Source of the DNA: Desulfobacterales bacterium
GTDB taxonomy: Bacteria > Desulfobacterota > Desulfobacteria > Desulfobacterales > UBA2156
Assembly (NCBI GenBank): GCA_027025555.1
Contig: JALVQN010000211.1
Location: 1-61,904 of the forward strand
Direction of reading: 5' to 3'
Length of the DNA stretch: 61,904 nucleotides
In this document: positions 10,140 through 19,292 of the stretch, piece by piece
How the letters are laid out: each line of letters opens with the position of its first letter
Numbering within the stretch: position 1 is the stretch's first letter
Translations under genes and position numbers: made by a program
Notes under the pieces: generated by a model
Seen by the model: only the letters and a program-made list of their open reading frames with translations
What the model was told of the DNA's origin: nothing
Databases searched by the model: none

Positions 10140-11183
10140 ATGCAACGATATGATCCTGAAAAAATTAAGCAACTGGCGGCAGACATTGCCCGGGCAGCTG
10201 GCGTACGGCCTCGGGACGCCGAGGTTCTGGCGGATTCCCTGGTGGAGGCCGATGTGCACGGCACTTCCACCCACGGCATATCCCGCTTGAATATCTATAT
10301 CCGACGAATCCAAAAGGGACTCATCGATCCCCGTGCAGGGCTGCAGATCGAGCGTCGGCGCCCGGCGGTCCTTGCGGTGGATGCCGGCAACGGCCTCGGG
10401 CAGGTCCAGGCGGTCAAGGTCCTGGAGCACCTGACGCCCCTGGCGCGGGAATTCGGGGTGGCGGCCGCCGCCATCCGCCGTTCCCAGCATTTCGGCACCC
10501 TGTCTTACTATTGCAACCGGGCGGCATCCCAGGACATGATGTTGCTTGCCACCACCAGCAGCGAACCGGCCATGTCGCCCGCGGGCGGCAGCCAGGCGTT
10601 TTTCGGCACCAATCCCATCGGGATTTCGTTTCCCACCGGCAAAGGATTCCCGGTGAAGATTGACCTGGCCACCTCCCGGGTGGCCCGGGGCAACATCATC
10701 GCCGCTCAAAAAAAAGGGGAGTCCATTCCGGAGGGCTGGGCCCTGGATCCCGACGGGGCCCCCACCACGGATGCGGGCCGGGCTTTGCTGGGTACGGTCT
10801 TGACCATGGCGGGCCACAAGGGCTATGCCCTGGCCATGATGGTGGAGGTGTTGTCCAGTGTGCTGTCCGGTGCAGCCGTGGGTGCGGCCATCGGTTCCAT
10901 GTACAAAGATTTTGATCGCCCGCAGAATGTGGGACATTTCTTCTGTCTCATGGATATAGCGGCCTTCATGGATGCGGCCGAATTCAGGCGTCGCATGGAT
11001 GCCATGATTGACGCCATTAAATCCTGTCACCGCCGGCCCGGTGTTGAGGAAATCCTCGTGCCGGGGGAACGGTCGCACCGGGTCGCCTTGGAGAACCGGA
11101 AGGAAGGCATTGTTGTGGGAGAGGCGACTCTGCAAGAGCTCAAAACCTTATGTCATGAACTCCAAATTCCCTTTATTTTGTAA
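10140..11183 (+). CDS. Ldh_2 family (malate/L-lactate/sulfolactate-type) oxidoreductase
   Basis: 347 aa with family-typical motifs (DVHGTSTHGISRL, SSEPAMSPAGG, GHKGYALA). Confidence 0.85.
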   Translation: MQRYDPEKIKQLAADIARAAGVRPRDAEVLADSLVEADVHGTSTHGISRLNIYIRRIQKGLIDPRAGLQIERRRPAVLAVDAGNGLGQVQAVKVLEHLTPLAREFGVAAAAIRRSQHFGTLSYYCNRAASQDMMLLATTSSEPAMSPAGGSQAFFGTNPIGISFPTGKGFPVKIDLATSRVARGNIIAAQKKGESIPEGWALDPDGAPTTDAGRALLGTVLTMAGHKGYALAMMVEVLSSVLSGAAVGAAIGSMYKDFDRPQNVGHFFCLMDIAAFMDAAEFRRRMDAMIDAIKSCHRRPGVEEILVPGERSHRVALENRKEGIVVGEATLQELKTLCHELQIPFIL

Positions 11184-11201
11184 CAGGCAGATGGATCGGT
11201 T

Positions 11202-12191
11202 ATGAAAAGAATTCTGGTTACGGAAAATATCACCGGTACCGCCATGGAGGCGTTGCAACGCACGTTCCGGGTGGACTTTGAACCGGATCTGTGGCGATTC
11301 CCCGAGGAGTTGGCTCAAGCGGTACGCGCTGCTGACGGACTCATCGTGCGCAACCAGACCCGGGTGACGCCGGAATTGATTCAACGGGCCCCTGAGCTTC
11401 AGGTCATCGGGCGCGCCGGCGCCGGCCTGGACAACATCGATGTGGAGGCGGCCAGTGCCGCCGGGATCGTGGTGGTTTACGCCCCCGAGCAAAATTCCAT
11501 TTCCGTGGCGGAGTTGACCCTGGCGGTGATGCTGGCCCTGGCCCGGAAACTCCCCGCCGCGGATCGTGACACCAAGGCCGGGGGATGGAACCGGCGGGAT
11601 TTTACCGGCGTGGAGCTTTACGGGAAAATTCTCGGCATCGTGGGCCTGGGACGGATCGGGTATCGCACGGCCCTGCGCGCCAAGGCGTTTGGCATGGATG
11701 TGATCGCCCATGATGCATATGTCAACCCCGACGGCATCACGGTTTCGGAGCCCAGGATCCCCCTGATGGATTTATCCGAGCTGTTGCGTCGCAGTGACGT
11801 GGTGGTCTGTCATCTCCCCTTGACCGATGCAACCCGCCACTTATTCAACTATGAAAACTTCTGCATGATGCAACCCACGGCCTTCTTTGTCAACAATTCC
11901 CGCGGCGCCGTGGTGGATGAAACGGGTCTGATCCGGGCCCTGGAAGAAAAGAAAATCGCCGGTGCCGCCTTGGATGTCCGGCAAAAGGAACCGCCGGTGC
12001 AAGATGCCCTCTGCAGGAGGGACAACGTCATCCTCACCCCGCACATCGGGGCCTTCACGCGAGAGGGCCAGCAGAGGGTGGTGACGTCTGTGTGCCGGGA
12101 TGTGGCGGCTGTGCTGGAAGGTCACGCAGCCAAGAACTATGCCAACTTCTCCCGTTTCTCCAGAGGGACCCGATTCCAACAACAGCTTTAA
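11202..12191 (+). CDS. D-isomer-specific 2-hydroxyacid dehydrogenase (PGDH-like)
   Basis: 329 aa with the NAD-binding motif GIVGLGRIG and the catalytic region NNSRG...LDV...TPHIGA. Confidence 0.85.
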   Translation: MKRILVTENITGTAMEALQRTFRVDFEPDLWRFPEELAQAVRAADGLIVRNQTRVTPELIQRAPELQVIGRAGAGLDNIDVEAASAAGIVVVYAPEQNSISVAELTLAVMLALARKLPAADRDTKAGGWNRRDFTGVELYGKILGIVGLGRIGYRTALRAKAFGMDVIAHDAYVNPDGITVSEPRIPLMDLSELLRRSDVVVCHLPLTDATRHLFNYENFCMMQPTAFFVNNSRGAVVDETGLIRALEEKKIAGAALDVRQKEPPVQDALCRRDNVILTPHIGAFTREGQQRVVTSVCRDVAAVLEGHAAKNYANFSRFSRGTRFQQQL

Positions 12192-13780
12192 GACTTCACG
12201 AGATAATTGCGCATCATGCCCATGTCCTCATGTTCTAAATTGTGGCAGTGGTAGAGGAACAGGCCCGGGTAATCGTCGAAGCCGACCAAGATTTTGACGC
12301 TTTCACCGGGCATCAGGAGGACCGTGTCTTTCCACCCCGCATCCACGTAGCCTTCGTGCCGTAACCCGCTGCGTGCCAGGACCCGGAATTGCTTGCCGTG
12401 CAGGTGCATGGGATGGGGCGTTTGCATCATCGGCATCATGCCGCCTCCGGTGTTATGAAACTCCCAGATTTCCCGGGAACCCAACCGAACGATCTCGTCA
12501 CCCGCCACATCTTCCATCTGAAATACCCGCCCGTTGATGGACCATTGCATGTGTCGCCCGGTGAGATGGAATCGTCGCGGACGATGGACATTGTCCGCCA
12601 GGTCCGGACGGGGAGGCTCAATCTCTGCAAGCCTGGGCGGCAGCGTGGAGCGCTTCTTCACTTTTTGCGTCACCTTGATTTTGAAGACGGGAAATCGGGC
12701 GCCAAGCAAAAGGGTTTGGCGTGTCCCCCTTCTCCCGGACATCCTCATCCCCCGGCCCATGCGGCCGCTTCCCATTGGCCCGCCGTCAAAAGGAAGGCTC
12801 ACGAGGGCGCTTTCATATCCCACCGGCGCCCCGCTGAAATCCCTCCAGAGTTCGATACGTTCGCCCGGGGCCAAAAATACATAGGCACGGGAAACCGGCT
12901 TTTCAAGGAGGCCTCCATCCGTGCCGATGACGGTCAGGGGCCGGCCGTCTCCCCATGCCAGGCGAAAGATCCGAGAGTTGGAGCCGTTTAACAGGCGCAA
13001 CCGGTAGGCGGTGGTTGATACGGGCAATGTAAAATCGGGCATGCCGTTGATCAGGATCGAATCGCCCAAAAAACCGGTCATCTGTTCCATCCCATGTCCT
13101 GAGAGGTATACCAGCTGGTTGTCGCCGTCAAAGGTGCGATCTTGAATGACCAAAGGCACGTCATAGCCCCCGTCGGGCAACCCCAGGGATCGCTCTTCTT
13201 CATCGGAAACAAGCAAAAGGCCGGCCAGACCTTGATAAACCTGGACCCCGGTGCGTCTGTGGGGATGCGGATGATACCAATAGGTGCCGGCGCGGTTCTT
13301 CACTTCAAACTCATAGAGATAGGACCGGCCGGAGGGAACCACAAAGCGTGGATGGCCATCCATGATGGCAGGCACATGGAGGCCGTGCCAATGGATAATC
13401 GATTTTTCGAAAATGGCGTTTTCAAAACGGATCCGTATTTTCTCGCCCTGACGCACTTTAATGACGGGTCCCAGATAGCTTTCGGGAAGTGGCACCACCC
13501 GGGATTGATCCCCCTTGTGAACCATGGCGTCGTAGCGCCAAATCCGCGTTCGCTCTCCGGGGAAAAGGGCCAGTTCATCGGGGTGGGCCGTCATGGAAAT
13601 ATCCAGATCCGGAATGAACTTTTTCTTTGAAGCGGTGTTGGGATTTCGTGCAGCAGCAAGAGGATCAAGAAAAGGCAGAAAGCTGCCGGTCATCAAACCC
13701 AGTGCGCCGAAGCCGGCCAGTTTCAGAAATTGCCTTCGATCCTTTTCGGTTTTCATCCGCAAGCGCGTGGCGTTTTTCAT
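12188..13780 (-). CDS. TAT-exported multicopper oxidase
   Basis: Twin-arginine signal (DRRQFLKLAGFG). Copper motifs IHWHGLH, WYHPHPH, HPMHLHG and HCHNLEHEDMGMM. Start moved to MKNATR (13780) because the -24/-12 element overlaps the upstream ATG at 13831. Confidence 0.85.
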   Translation of the reverse strand: MKNATRLRMKTEKDRRQFLKLAGFGALGLMTGSFLPFLDPLAAARNPNTASKKKFIPDLDISMTAHPDELALFPGERTRIWRYDAMVHKGDQSRVVPLPESYLGPVIKVRQGEKIRIRFENAIFEKSIIHWHGLHVPAIMDGHPRFVVPSGRSYLYEFEVKNRAGTYWYHPHPHRRTGVQVYQGLAGLLLVSDEEERSLGLPDGGYDVPLVIQDRTFDGDNQLVYLSGHGMEQMTGFLGDSILINGMPDFTLPVSTTAYRLRLLNGSNSRIFRLAWGDGRPLTVIGTDGGLLEKPVSRAYVFLAPGERIELWRDFSGAPVGYESALVSLPFDGGPMGSGRMGRGMRMSGRRGTRQTLLLGARFPVFKIKVTQKVKKRSTLPPRLAEIEPPRPDLADNVHRPRRFHLTGRHMQWSINGRVFQMEDVAGDEIVRLGSREIWEFHNTGGGMMPMMQTPHPMHLHGKQFRVLARSGLRHEGYVDAGWKDTVLLMPGESVKILVGFDDYPGLFLYHCHNLEHEDMGMMRNYLVKS

Positions 13781-13839
13781 GGGTCTCTCCCCTGGCAAAA
13801 AGTTGTTAATTTTAATTTTCCTGTCGCACACCCCAAAAG

Positions 13840-13855
13840 AGCAAACTGCATGCCA
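13840..13855 (-). promoter_or_regulatory. sigma54 (-24/-12) promoter candidate for the multicopper oxidase
   Basis: The minus strand reads TGGCATgcagtTTGCT with canonical spacing, about 60 nt upstream of the ATG at 13780. Confidence 0.55.
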
Positions 13856-13963
13856 TTTCGGAAAAAAGAGGCGGTCTGTTTTTATGTTATTGAATTTAAT
13901 GCAATAATTTTTTCCGCCGTTTTGTTGAAAAGCAGATGGAAGAAAAGGATCAAGCCAACTGGA

Positions 13964-14012
13964 TAAGAATTACCCCATTTCGCGACGGAGCCTTTGAAAA
14001 GGGTAATTCTTA
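13964..14012. repeat. perfect 12-bp inverted repeat TAAGAATTACCC / GGGTAATTCTTA with 25-nt spacer
   Basis: Arms at 13964-13975 and 14001-14012. Lies 110-160 bp upstream of the sigma54 element and about 130 bp downstream of the permease stop. Could be a UAS or a hairpin. Confidence 0.4.
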
Positions 14013-14143
14013 CCCATGGTTCCTGCTGGCGCGAAGAAGGAGACTTCTTTAATGAACCTCTTTCAGCAGCAGACCCTGGATGGAACAGGCGCCTGTCGCC
14101 TCGTGGGCCCCATGGGGTATATGGGAGCGCCGAAAACGGGGGG

Positions 14144-16438
14144 TTATCCCAGCACTCTTTTGACGATGGATTTCACCGCACCCTCGTGGCGTTTGACGAT
14201 CATCACCGGGGTCTTGGAATAGCGGGCGACTTTTTCGGGGATTTCTCCGAAGAGGACACTCGAAAAAACCCCTTCCCGGGAAGCGCCGAGAACGATCAGG
14301 TCGTAATCGGCGGCCGCTTTCACCAGGGTGGGAGCAATGCGTTTCCCGGTCAGCAGGTCCATCCGAGCCTTTTCTTTCAACGCCGTAAGATGCAGGGTCT
14401 TTTGAATCCACAAGCGGGCGTTGTCGCGCTTGTGTGCGTCCGCTCCGGGAGGGACGACATAACAGCAGGTGATCTCGTATCCGTAAGCCTGCTGATAGAG
14501 GCTGAGGTATTCGGCTGCCAGGTGGGCATGGGGACCCCCGGCGGTGGGAAACAGGACCCGGTGGATCGGACGGTCACCGGTCAATTTAACCGTAATCAGG
14601 TCGCAAGGTGCCAGGCGGACCACTTTGTCCGTGACTTCCCCGAATATGCGATCCCGGGTGGTGGTGTAGCCCTTCCATCCCATCAACACCAGGGAGGCCT
14701 TTTCGACGAGCGCGGTCTGCAGGATACCGTCGTATACCCGGTGGGCGATGCGAAGCGCGGAGCGGGTTTCCACGCCCTGCTCCCTGCCGAATTGGATGGC
14801 TCTTTTTAAAAGGGGCGTCTTGTGATGGATCCAGCGCATCCCTTCGTGGGGCGGCAGGTGAATGGGAATGTTCACCACCCCCAGCACCACGATTTCCCCT
14901 TCATGGGCTTTGGCGATGGGAATCGCCAGCCGCATCAGCGGAAGGACGTGATCGGGATTGTGGAGGGGAATGAGGATGCGGTAAGTAAATGTATCCGTCT
15001 TTTTGCCCACCTGAACCTCAAGCACCTGGGGCATGTCGGCCGCCGTGGTCTTCTCGAAATAGATGAAGTAGATCAACAACCCGGCGATCACCCATCCCAG
15101 GGTGATGTACCAGGCCCGGGGATCGAAATTGAACTGATAGAGGGCCAGCAGCATGTTGAGGAAGATGGCCGCCACGGGAGTGACCGGGTAAAGGGGGACG
15201 CGGAAACCGCCTTTGAGTTCCGGAAACTTGCGCCGCAGGGCGATCAGGGACAGGTTCACCAGGGAGAAGGTGAGCAAAAACATGACACTGGCCGCGGATC
15301 CGATGACGTGAATGGGAAAGAGCAGGGCAATGACCAGCACGATCACACCGGTGGCCGCAATCGCCAGGTGCGGCGTTCGACGTGTGGAATGAATTCGACA
15401 AAGGGCTTCGGGCAGCATCTTGTCCCGGCTCATTGAATAGGCCACCCGCGACGACGCCAGGATGGTGGCATTCAAAGCGGACACCGTGGACAACAGGCCG
15501 CCGAAGATAATCAGGGCGATGCCGAAAAAGGGCATGAAGTTTTCAGCGGCCTTGGCAATGGCCGTTTCCTGGTACCGCCCGAGAAATTCCCACGAAGTGC
15601 CCGATTTCGGATGAATGGCGCCGATGCACACCACCACGATGAGCAAATAGATCGTCACCGTGACAGCCAGGGATATCAGGGTCGCCCGGGGTATGGTCTT
15701 TTCCGGCGCTTTGATCTCCTCGGCCACGGTGGCGATGAGATCGTAGCCTTCAAAGGCGATGAACGTGAGCCCCATGGCCATGAAGACCCCGTGGAATCCC
15801 TTTGGAAAAAAGGGCTTGAAGCCGGCAAGCGCCTGACTCGGGACGTGGACGATTTGTTTGAGGCCGTAAGCGATGAAAATAAGCAATATGATAATTTTCG
15901 CCAGGGTGATCACGTTTTCCACATTGCCGGTCAGCGCCGTTCCGTGCATGTTGATCAAGATGAACGCCGTTGCCACGAGGACCGTCATGAAGAGCGCCGG
16001 TCCCCGGTGACCGGCCGTTTCAAAGACAAAGTTCGAAACAATCGGAAAATAGGTCTGCACAAACTCCCAGAAATAGCTGCCGAATCCGCGGGCGTAAAGG
16101 GCGCAGGCGATGATGTAACAAAACCACAGCATCCACCCCGAAGCAAACCCCGCCGGCCCGGGGAAGGCTTTTTTGATATAGGAATACCCTCCTCCGGATT
16201 TGGGGTAGGCCGAGGCCAGTTCGGCGTAACTGAGGGCGGTCAGCAGGGTGACCATGCCGTTGAGGATAAATGCCAGAAGGGCGGCCGGCCCGGCCTCGCC
16301 TGCGGCAATGCCGGTCAAAACGAAAATGCCGGCACCGATCATGGCGCCGATGCCGATCATGGAAGCATCAAAGAGGCCCAGATCCCGGGCAAAGGAAACC
16401 TTGCCATTGCCGGAGCCGTTATTTTTCGGAGAAGCCAT
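14144..16438 (-). CDS. APC-family amino acid/polyamine permease fused to two universal stress protein domains
   Basis: 764 aa. About 12 TM segments in the first roughly 450 aa, with APC-like motifs (GAGIFVLTG). Two USP-like alpha/beta domains follow in the last roughly 290 aa. Confidence 0.85.
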   Translation of the reverse strand: MASPKNNGSGNGKVSFARDLGLFDASMIGIGAMIGAGIFVLTGIAAGEAGPAALLAFILNGMVTLLTALSYAELASAYPKSGGGYSYIKKAFPGPAGFASGWMLWFCYIIACALYARGFGSYFWEFVQTYFPIVSNFVFETAGHRGPALFMTVLVATAFILINMHGTALTGNVENVITLAKIIILLIFIAYGLKQIVHVPSQALAGFKPFFPKGFHGVFMAMGLTFIAFEGYDLIATVAEEIKAPEKTIPRATLISLAVTVTIYLLIVVVCIGAIHPKSGTSWEFLGRYQETAIAKAAENFMPFFGIALIIFGGLLSTVSALNATILASSRVAYSMSRDKMLPEALCRIHSTRRTPHLAIAATGVIVLVIALLFPIHVIGSAASVMFLLTFSLVNLSLIALRRKFPELKGGFRVPLYPVTPVAAIFLNMLLALYQFNFDPRAWYITLGWVIAGLLIYFIYFEKTTAADMPQVLEVQVGKKTDTFTYRILIPLHNPDHVLPLMRLAIPIAKAHEGEIVVLGVVNIPIHLPPHEGMRWIHHKTPLLKRAIQFGREQGVETRSALRIAHRVYDGILQTALVEKASLVLMGWKGYTTTRDRIFGEVTDKVVRLAPCDLITVKLTGDRPIHRVLFPTAGGPHAHLAAEYLSLYQQAYGYEITCCYVVPPGADAHKRDNARLWIQKTLHLTALKEKARMDLLTGKRIAPTLVKAAADYDLIVLGASREGVFSSVLFGEIPEKVARYSKTPVMIVKRHEGAVKSIVKRVLG

Positions 16439-16783
16439 GGACTTGAGGCGGCCTTAGGGGGTGCTGGGAGGAAGGATTGCCCCGCCTTGTCTTGCAAGGC
16501 CGGCGGAGGCGTTTGCCGGGATTGGAATGCTACCTGGAGTCGCCTTTAGGGCCGATTTTCCAGGATGACTATCGTTAATTGGTTGCCGCATTGAGGGTTA
16601 ACCGGTTGTAATGATGAATTTATTTCGTGTTTCAAGCGCCTTGGACCCTTCCAGTTTCAGCGATCGTATCATGTTCGATGGTAACTGCAATCAATTTAAT
16701 AACGCATGGAAGGATTTCATGGATTGATGTTCCAGGATGGATCCAAGGGAGAGGCCGGAGACCGGTTTAAGAATTGTTGCTGA

Positions 16784-17137
16784 TCAGCGGCGTCCTTGTT
16801 TGCCGGTGGCGTTGAAAATGGCGTTGAAAATCTCATTGTCTGCTGAAATACACCGTCTTTTGAGGAGGTTGTATTTTTCCAAAAGGGCCTTTCCCTCTTG
16901 AGACAACCGCGACCCTTCCTTTCGGTCCGTGTGAACGAGCCGGGTGTTGAGGTGTTTTTCGGAGGTCTTGATTTTGCTCCACACCGCCTTGTAGGACATC
17001 TTCATCTTCTTGGCCGTCTGGTTGATGGAGCCCGTTTGCTCGATGTTTTCCAGGATTTCCGCGCGGCCTTTGCCGATGATGATGTTGTTGTTTTCATCCA
17101 CGATCCATTGGCTGGATCGGAGGTTGAGTCTGGCCAT
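16784..17137 (-). CDS. ModE-N-terminal-like winged-helix regulator
   Basis: 117 aa starting at MARLNL. GKGRAEILENIEQTGSINQTAKKMKMSYKAVWSKI matches the ModE/LysR-type HTH segment. No Mop domains are present. Confidence 0.65.
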   Translation of the reverse strand: MARLNLRSSQWIVDENNNIIIGKGRAEILENIEQTGSINQTAKKMKMSYKAVWSKIKTSEKHLNTRLVHTDRKEGSRLSQEGKALLEKYNLLKRRCISADNEIFNAIFNATGKQGRR

Positions 17138-17213
17138 GGGCTTGTCTTTTTCCGGTTTGAAAGGCTTCCGGTTGGCGTAAAAACGCAATCTGTCCGGGCA
17201 AGAAACGTTTTGA

Positions 17214-18245
17214 TCAGGCGCTTTTTCCAAAGGGACAGTGGGGATACGTACACCGGGGGCAGTCTTTGCAAAGTCCCCCATGGCCCATAAAGGCCAGCGC
17301 CGCTTTGCCGATCCGTTCACCGGCCAGGACCCGGGGCAGCACCAAATCGAGCGCCGTTGTGCGATGATACAGCCCGCAGGCGGGCACCCCCAGGAGAGGG
17401 ACGTCTTCCAAATAGGCCACCAGGAACATGGCCCCGGGGAGGACGGCGGCGCCGTAGTGCATTTCGGTGGCGCCGGCCAGTCGAATCCCCTTCCGGGTGA
17501 CATCGTCCGGGTCCACGCTCATCCCGCCGCTGAGCATCAAAAGATCGCATCCGCGATCCAGGTGGTCCCGGATGGCTTGACTGATCTTCTCCGCATCATC
17601 CGGAGCAACGGTAATGCCCGCCACCCGGCTTCCCAGGGCTTCGATCTTTTCGGAAAGAATCGGTGCAAAGCGATCTTCGATGAGGCCGTGGTAGACTTCA
17701 TTGCCCGTGATCACGATTCCCACCAGGGCCCGGCGCAGGGCGTGCACAGAGAGCACCGCACCGTTTTGTGCGGCGATGGCGGCGGCCCGTTCAATGGCCG
17801 CCCGTTTCATGACCAGCGGAATCGCCCGGGTGGCGGCCACCAGGGCCCCCTTTTGAACGAGGGTGTTGTTGTGTAGCGTCGCGCACATCACCTCGTCCAC
17901 CATATTAAAGGCTGCCAGGGCCGTCGTGTCCACGTGCAACAGGCCGTCTCTTTCGGCGAAAAGCTTGATTTTTCCTTCCCGGGGAGCCTCTTCCCGGACG
18001 ATGCCGTCACCGGCCAGGGCGTGTGCCAGCATGGCGGCCGCCTGATCTTCATGGATTTCATCCGCCTCCAGGTGGATCACATAGAGGTGGTTCTTCCCCA
18101 GTTTTTGAAGATGGCATACGTCTTCGTTGCACACGGTGTATCCTTTTCGAAAGGCGGGCCCTTTGAATTCGCCGGGGCGTATTTCCGTGATGTCATGGGC
18201 CAATGGGATCCCAACGGCATCTTTTAATTTGATTTTCTTCAACAT
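17214..18245 (-). CDS. molybdopterin-binding (MoeA/MoaB-like) domain protein with Cys-rich tail
   Basis: 343 aa starting at MLKKIKL. MoCF-biosynthesis-type segment (VGIVITGNEV...LMLSGGMSVDPDD). C-terminal CKDCPRCTYPHC cluster. Confidence 0.7.
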   Translation of the reverse strand: MLKKIKLKDAVGIPLAHDITEIRPGEFKGPAFRKGYTVCNEDVCHLQKLGKNHLYVIHLEADEIHEDQAAAMLAHALAGDGIVREEAPREGKIKLFAERDGLLHVDTTALAAFNMVDEVMCATLHNNTLVQKGALVAATRAIPLVMKRAAIERAAAIAAQNGAVLSVHALRRALVGIVITGNEVYHGLIEDRFAPILSEKIEALGSRVAGITVAPDDAEKISQAIRDHLDRGCDLLMLSGGMSVDPDDVTRKGIRLAGATEMHYGAAVLPGAMFLVAYLEDVPLLGVPACGLYHRTTALDLVLPRVLAGERIGKAALAFMGHGGLCKDCPRCTYPHCPFGKSA

Positions 18246-18295
18246 CGTGACGTCTCCTTTTCGAAAACCTCGGCATCGGGGCTTGGAAAGGACAC

Positions 18296-18919
18296 TTATT
18301 CCGGCGCCCAGCTCATATCCGACCACGTCACCTCACGGGCATTGGAAAAGTAGGCCCCATGGGCACACGGTTTGCATAAGATCAGTCCTTCTTTTTGGAC
18401 TTCCCGGCAATCCCGGATGACCTGACCACAGCGCGAACAGACGGCCTTGTAACGGGTGGGACCGGGCATGTCGAAATCTTGGATCTGCATCTCCACCTGC
18501 TGGACCCGAAAGAGCACGCTGTCGGGCATGCGCCTATAGGCCAGAAGTTGCTGGGGGCATTTTCCGGTCACTTCCGGCGCATAAACCGGTGCAAGATCCC
18601 GGGCTTCTTCCGTGGACACCACGCGGTAGGCTTTGTGGGTTTCCAGGTTCACAAAGGTGGCGGCCATGATGCCGTAGTCCACGAATTTCAGGGAGCGGCG
18701 CCCCAGCTTGACGCCGGTGACATGGGCCACGGCGTCCGCGGTGCACCGATCCAATTCCACGTAGATGATCAGCTTTTTGATCTGGTCATGGCGCGAGGGC
18801 GCGTCCAGATCAATGAGCCGACAGCCCAGCATGGCCATGCGCACCCCCACCACTTGACCCGGGCAAAGATGGCCGTGGGCGGCAGCAGAGCCTTTCAAAA
18901 GGGTTTCAAAGTCTTTCAT
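18296..18919 (-). CDS. FmdE/FwdE-family protein with C-terminal zinc ribbon
   Basis: HGHLCPGQVVG motif, followed by CSRCGQ...CKPC. Confidence 0.8.
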   Translation of the reverse strand: MKDFETLLKGSAAAHGHLCPGQVVGVRMAMLGCRLIDLDAPSRHDQIKKLIIYVELDRCTADAVAHVTGVKLGRRSLKFVDYGIMAATFVNLETHKAYRVVSTEEARDLAPVYAPEVTGKCPQQLLAYRRMPDSVLFRVQQVEMQIQDFDMPGPTRYKAVCSRCGQVIRDCREVQKEGLILCKPCAHGAYFSNAREVTWSDMSWAPE

Positions 18920-19292
18920 GCCGTCGGTTCCATCCTTATATTATTTTTAACATAACAGCGCCCCAAAAAAAAAGCGCTTTTTTCTGGTGAGCATTTTCTT
19001 TATCACCAATTCACGGTTGAGGGCCTGGTCTATAAGGCTTTCGGTAAACATCTTGAACCTGACTACCCGCTCCGATCCCTCCCCGGTGAGACCGGTCAAG
19101 CCGTTCCGCAGCCCCGCGGGGGCCTTCCTGATTCCTCCGGCTGCGGCGCCTGGGTGTGCATCCTGATGAGCCCGATCCTCGAGAGCTCCTCGAACACGCT
19201 CATCCGCATGGCCAAGTCCAACCCGCCTGTGGCTAATCCGCTTTCCATCTCCTTCGAGGTGGCGATGCTGCCGGATAGAATCGCCACCAAGT

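Noticed and set aside
13994-14809. A 271-aa ORF on the plus strand (similar antisense ORFs at 15611..16549 and 10080..11135).
   Set aside because: These overlap strongly supported genes on the opposite strand and show no domain signatures.
18955-18990. A possible bidirectional terminator, AGCGC-loop-GCGCT followed by a T-run.
   Set aside because: The stem is only 5 bp with a 12-nt A-rich loop, which is too weak to call.
19096-19290. A 64-aa minus-strand ORF (and the overlapping ORF 18947..19345) downstream of the LivK-like gene, considered as a possible gene fragment.
   Set aside because: There is no RBS or start context and no recognisable family. The two overlapping frames are equally unconvincing. 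The region is left as a non-coding or decayed spacer.
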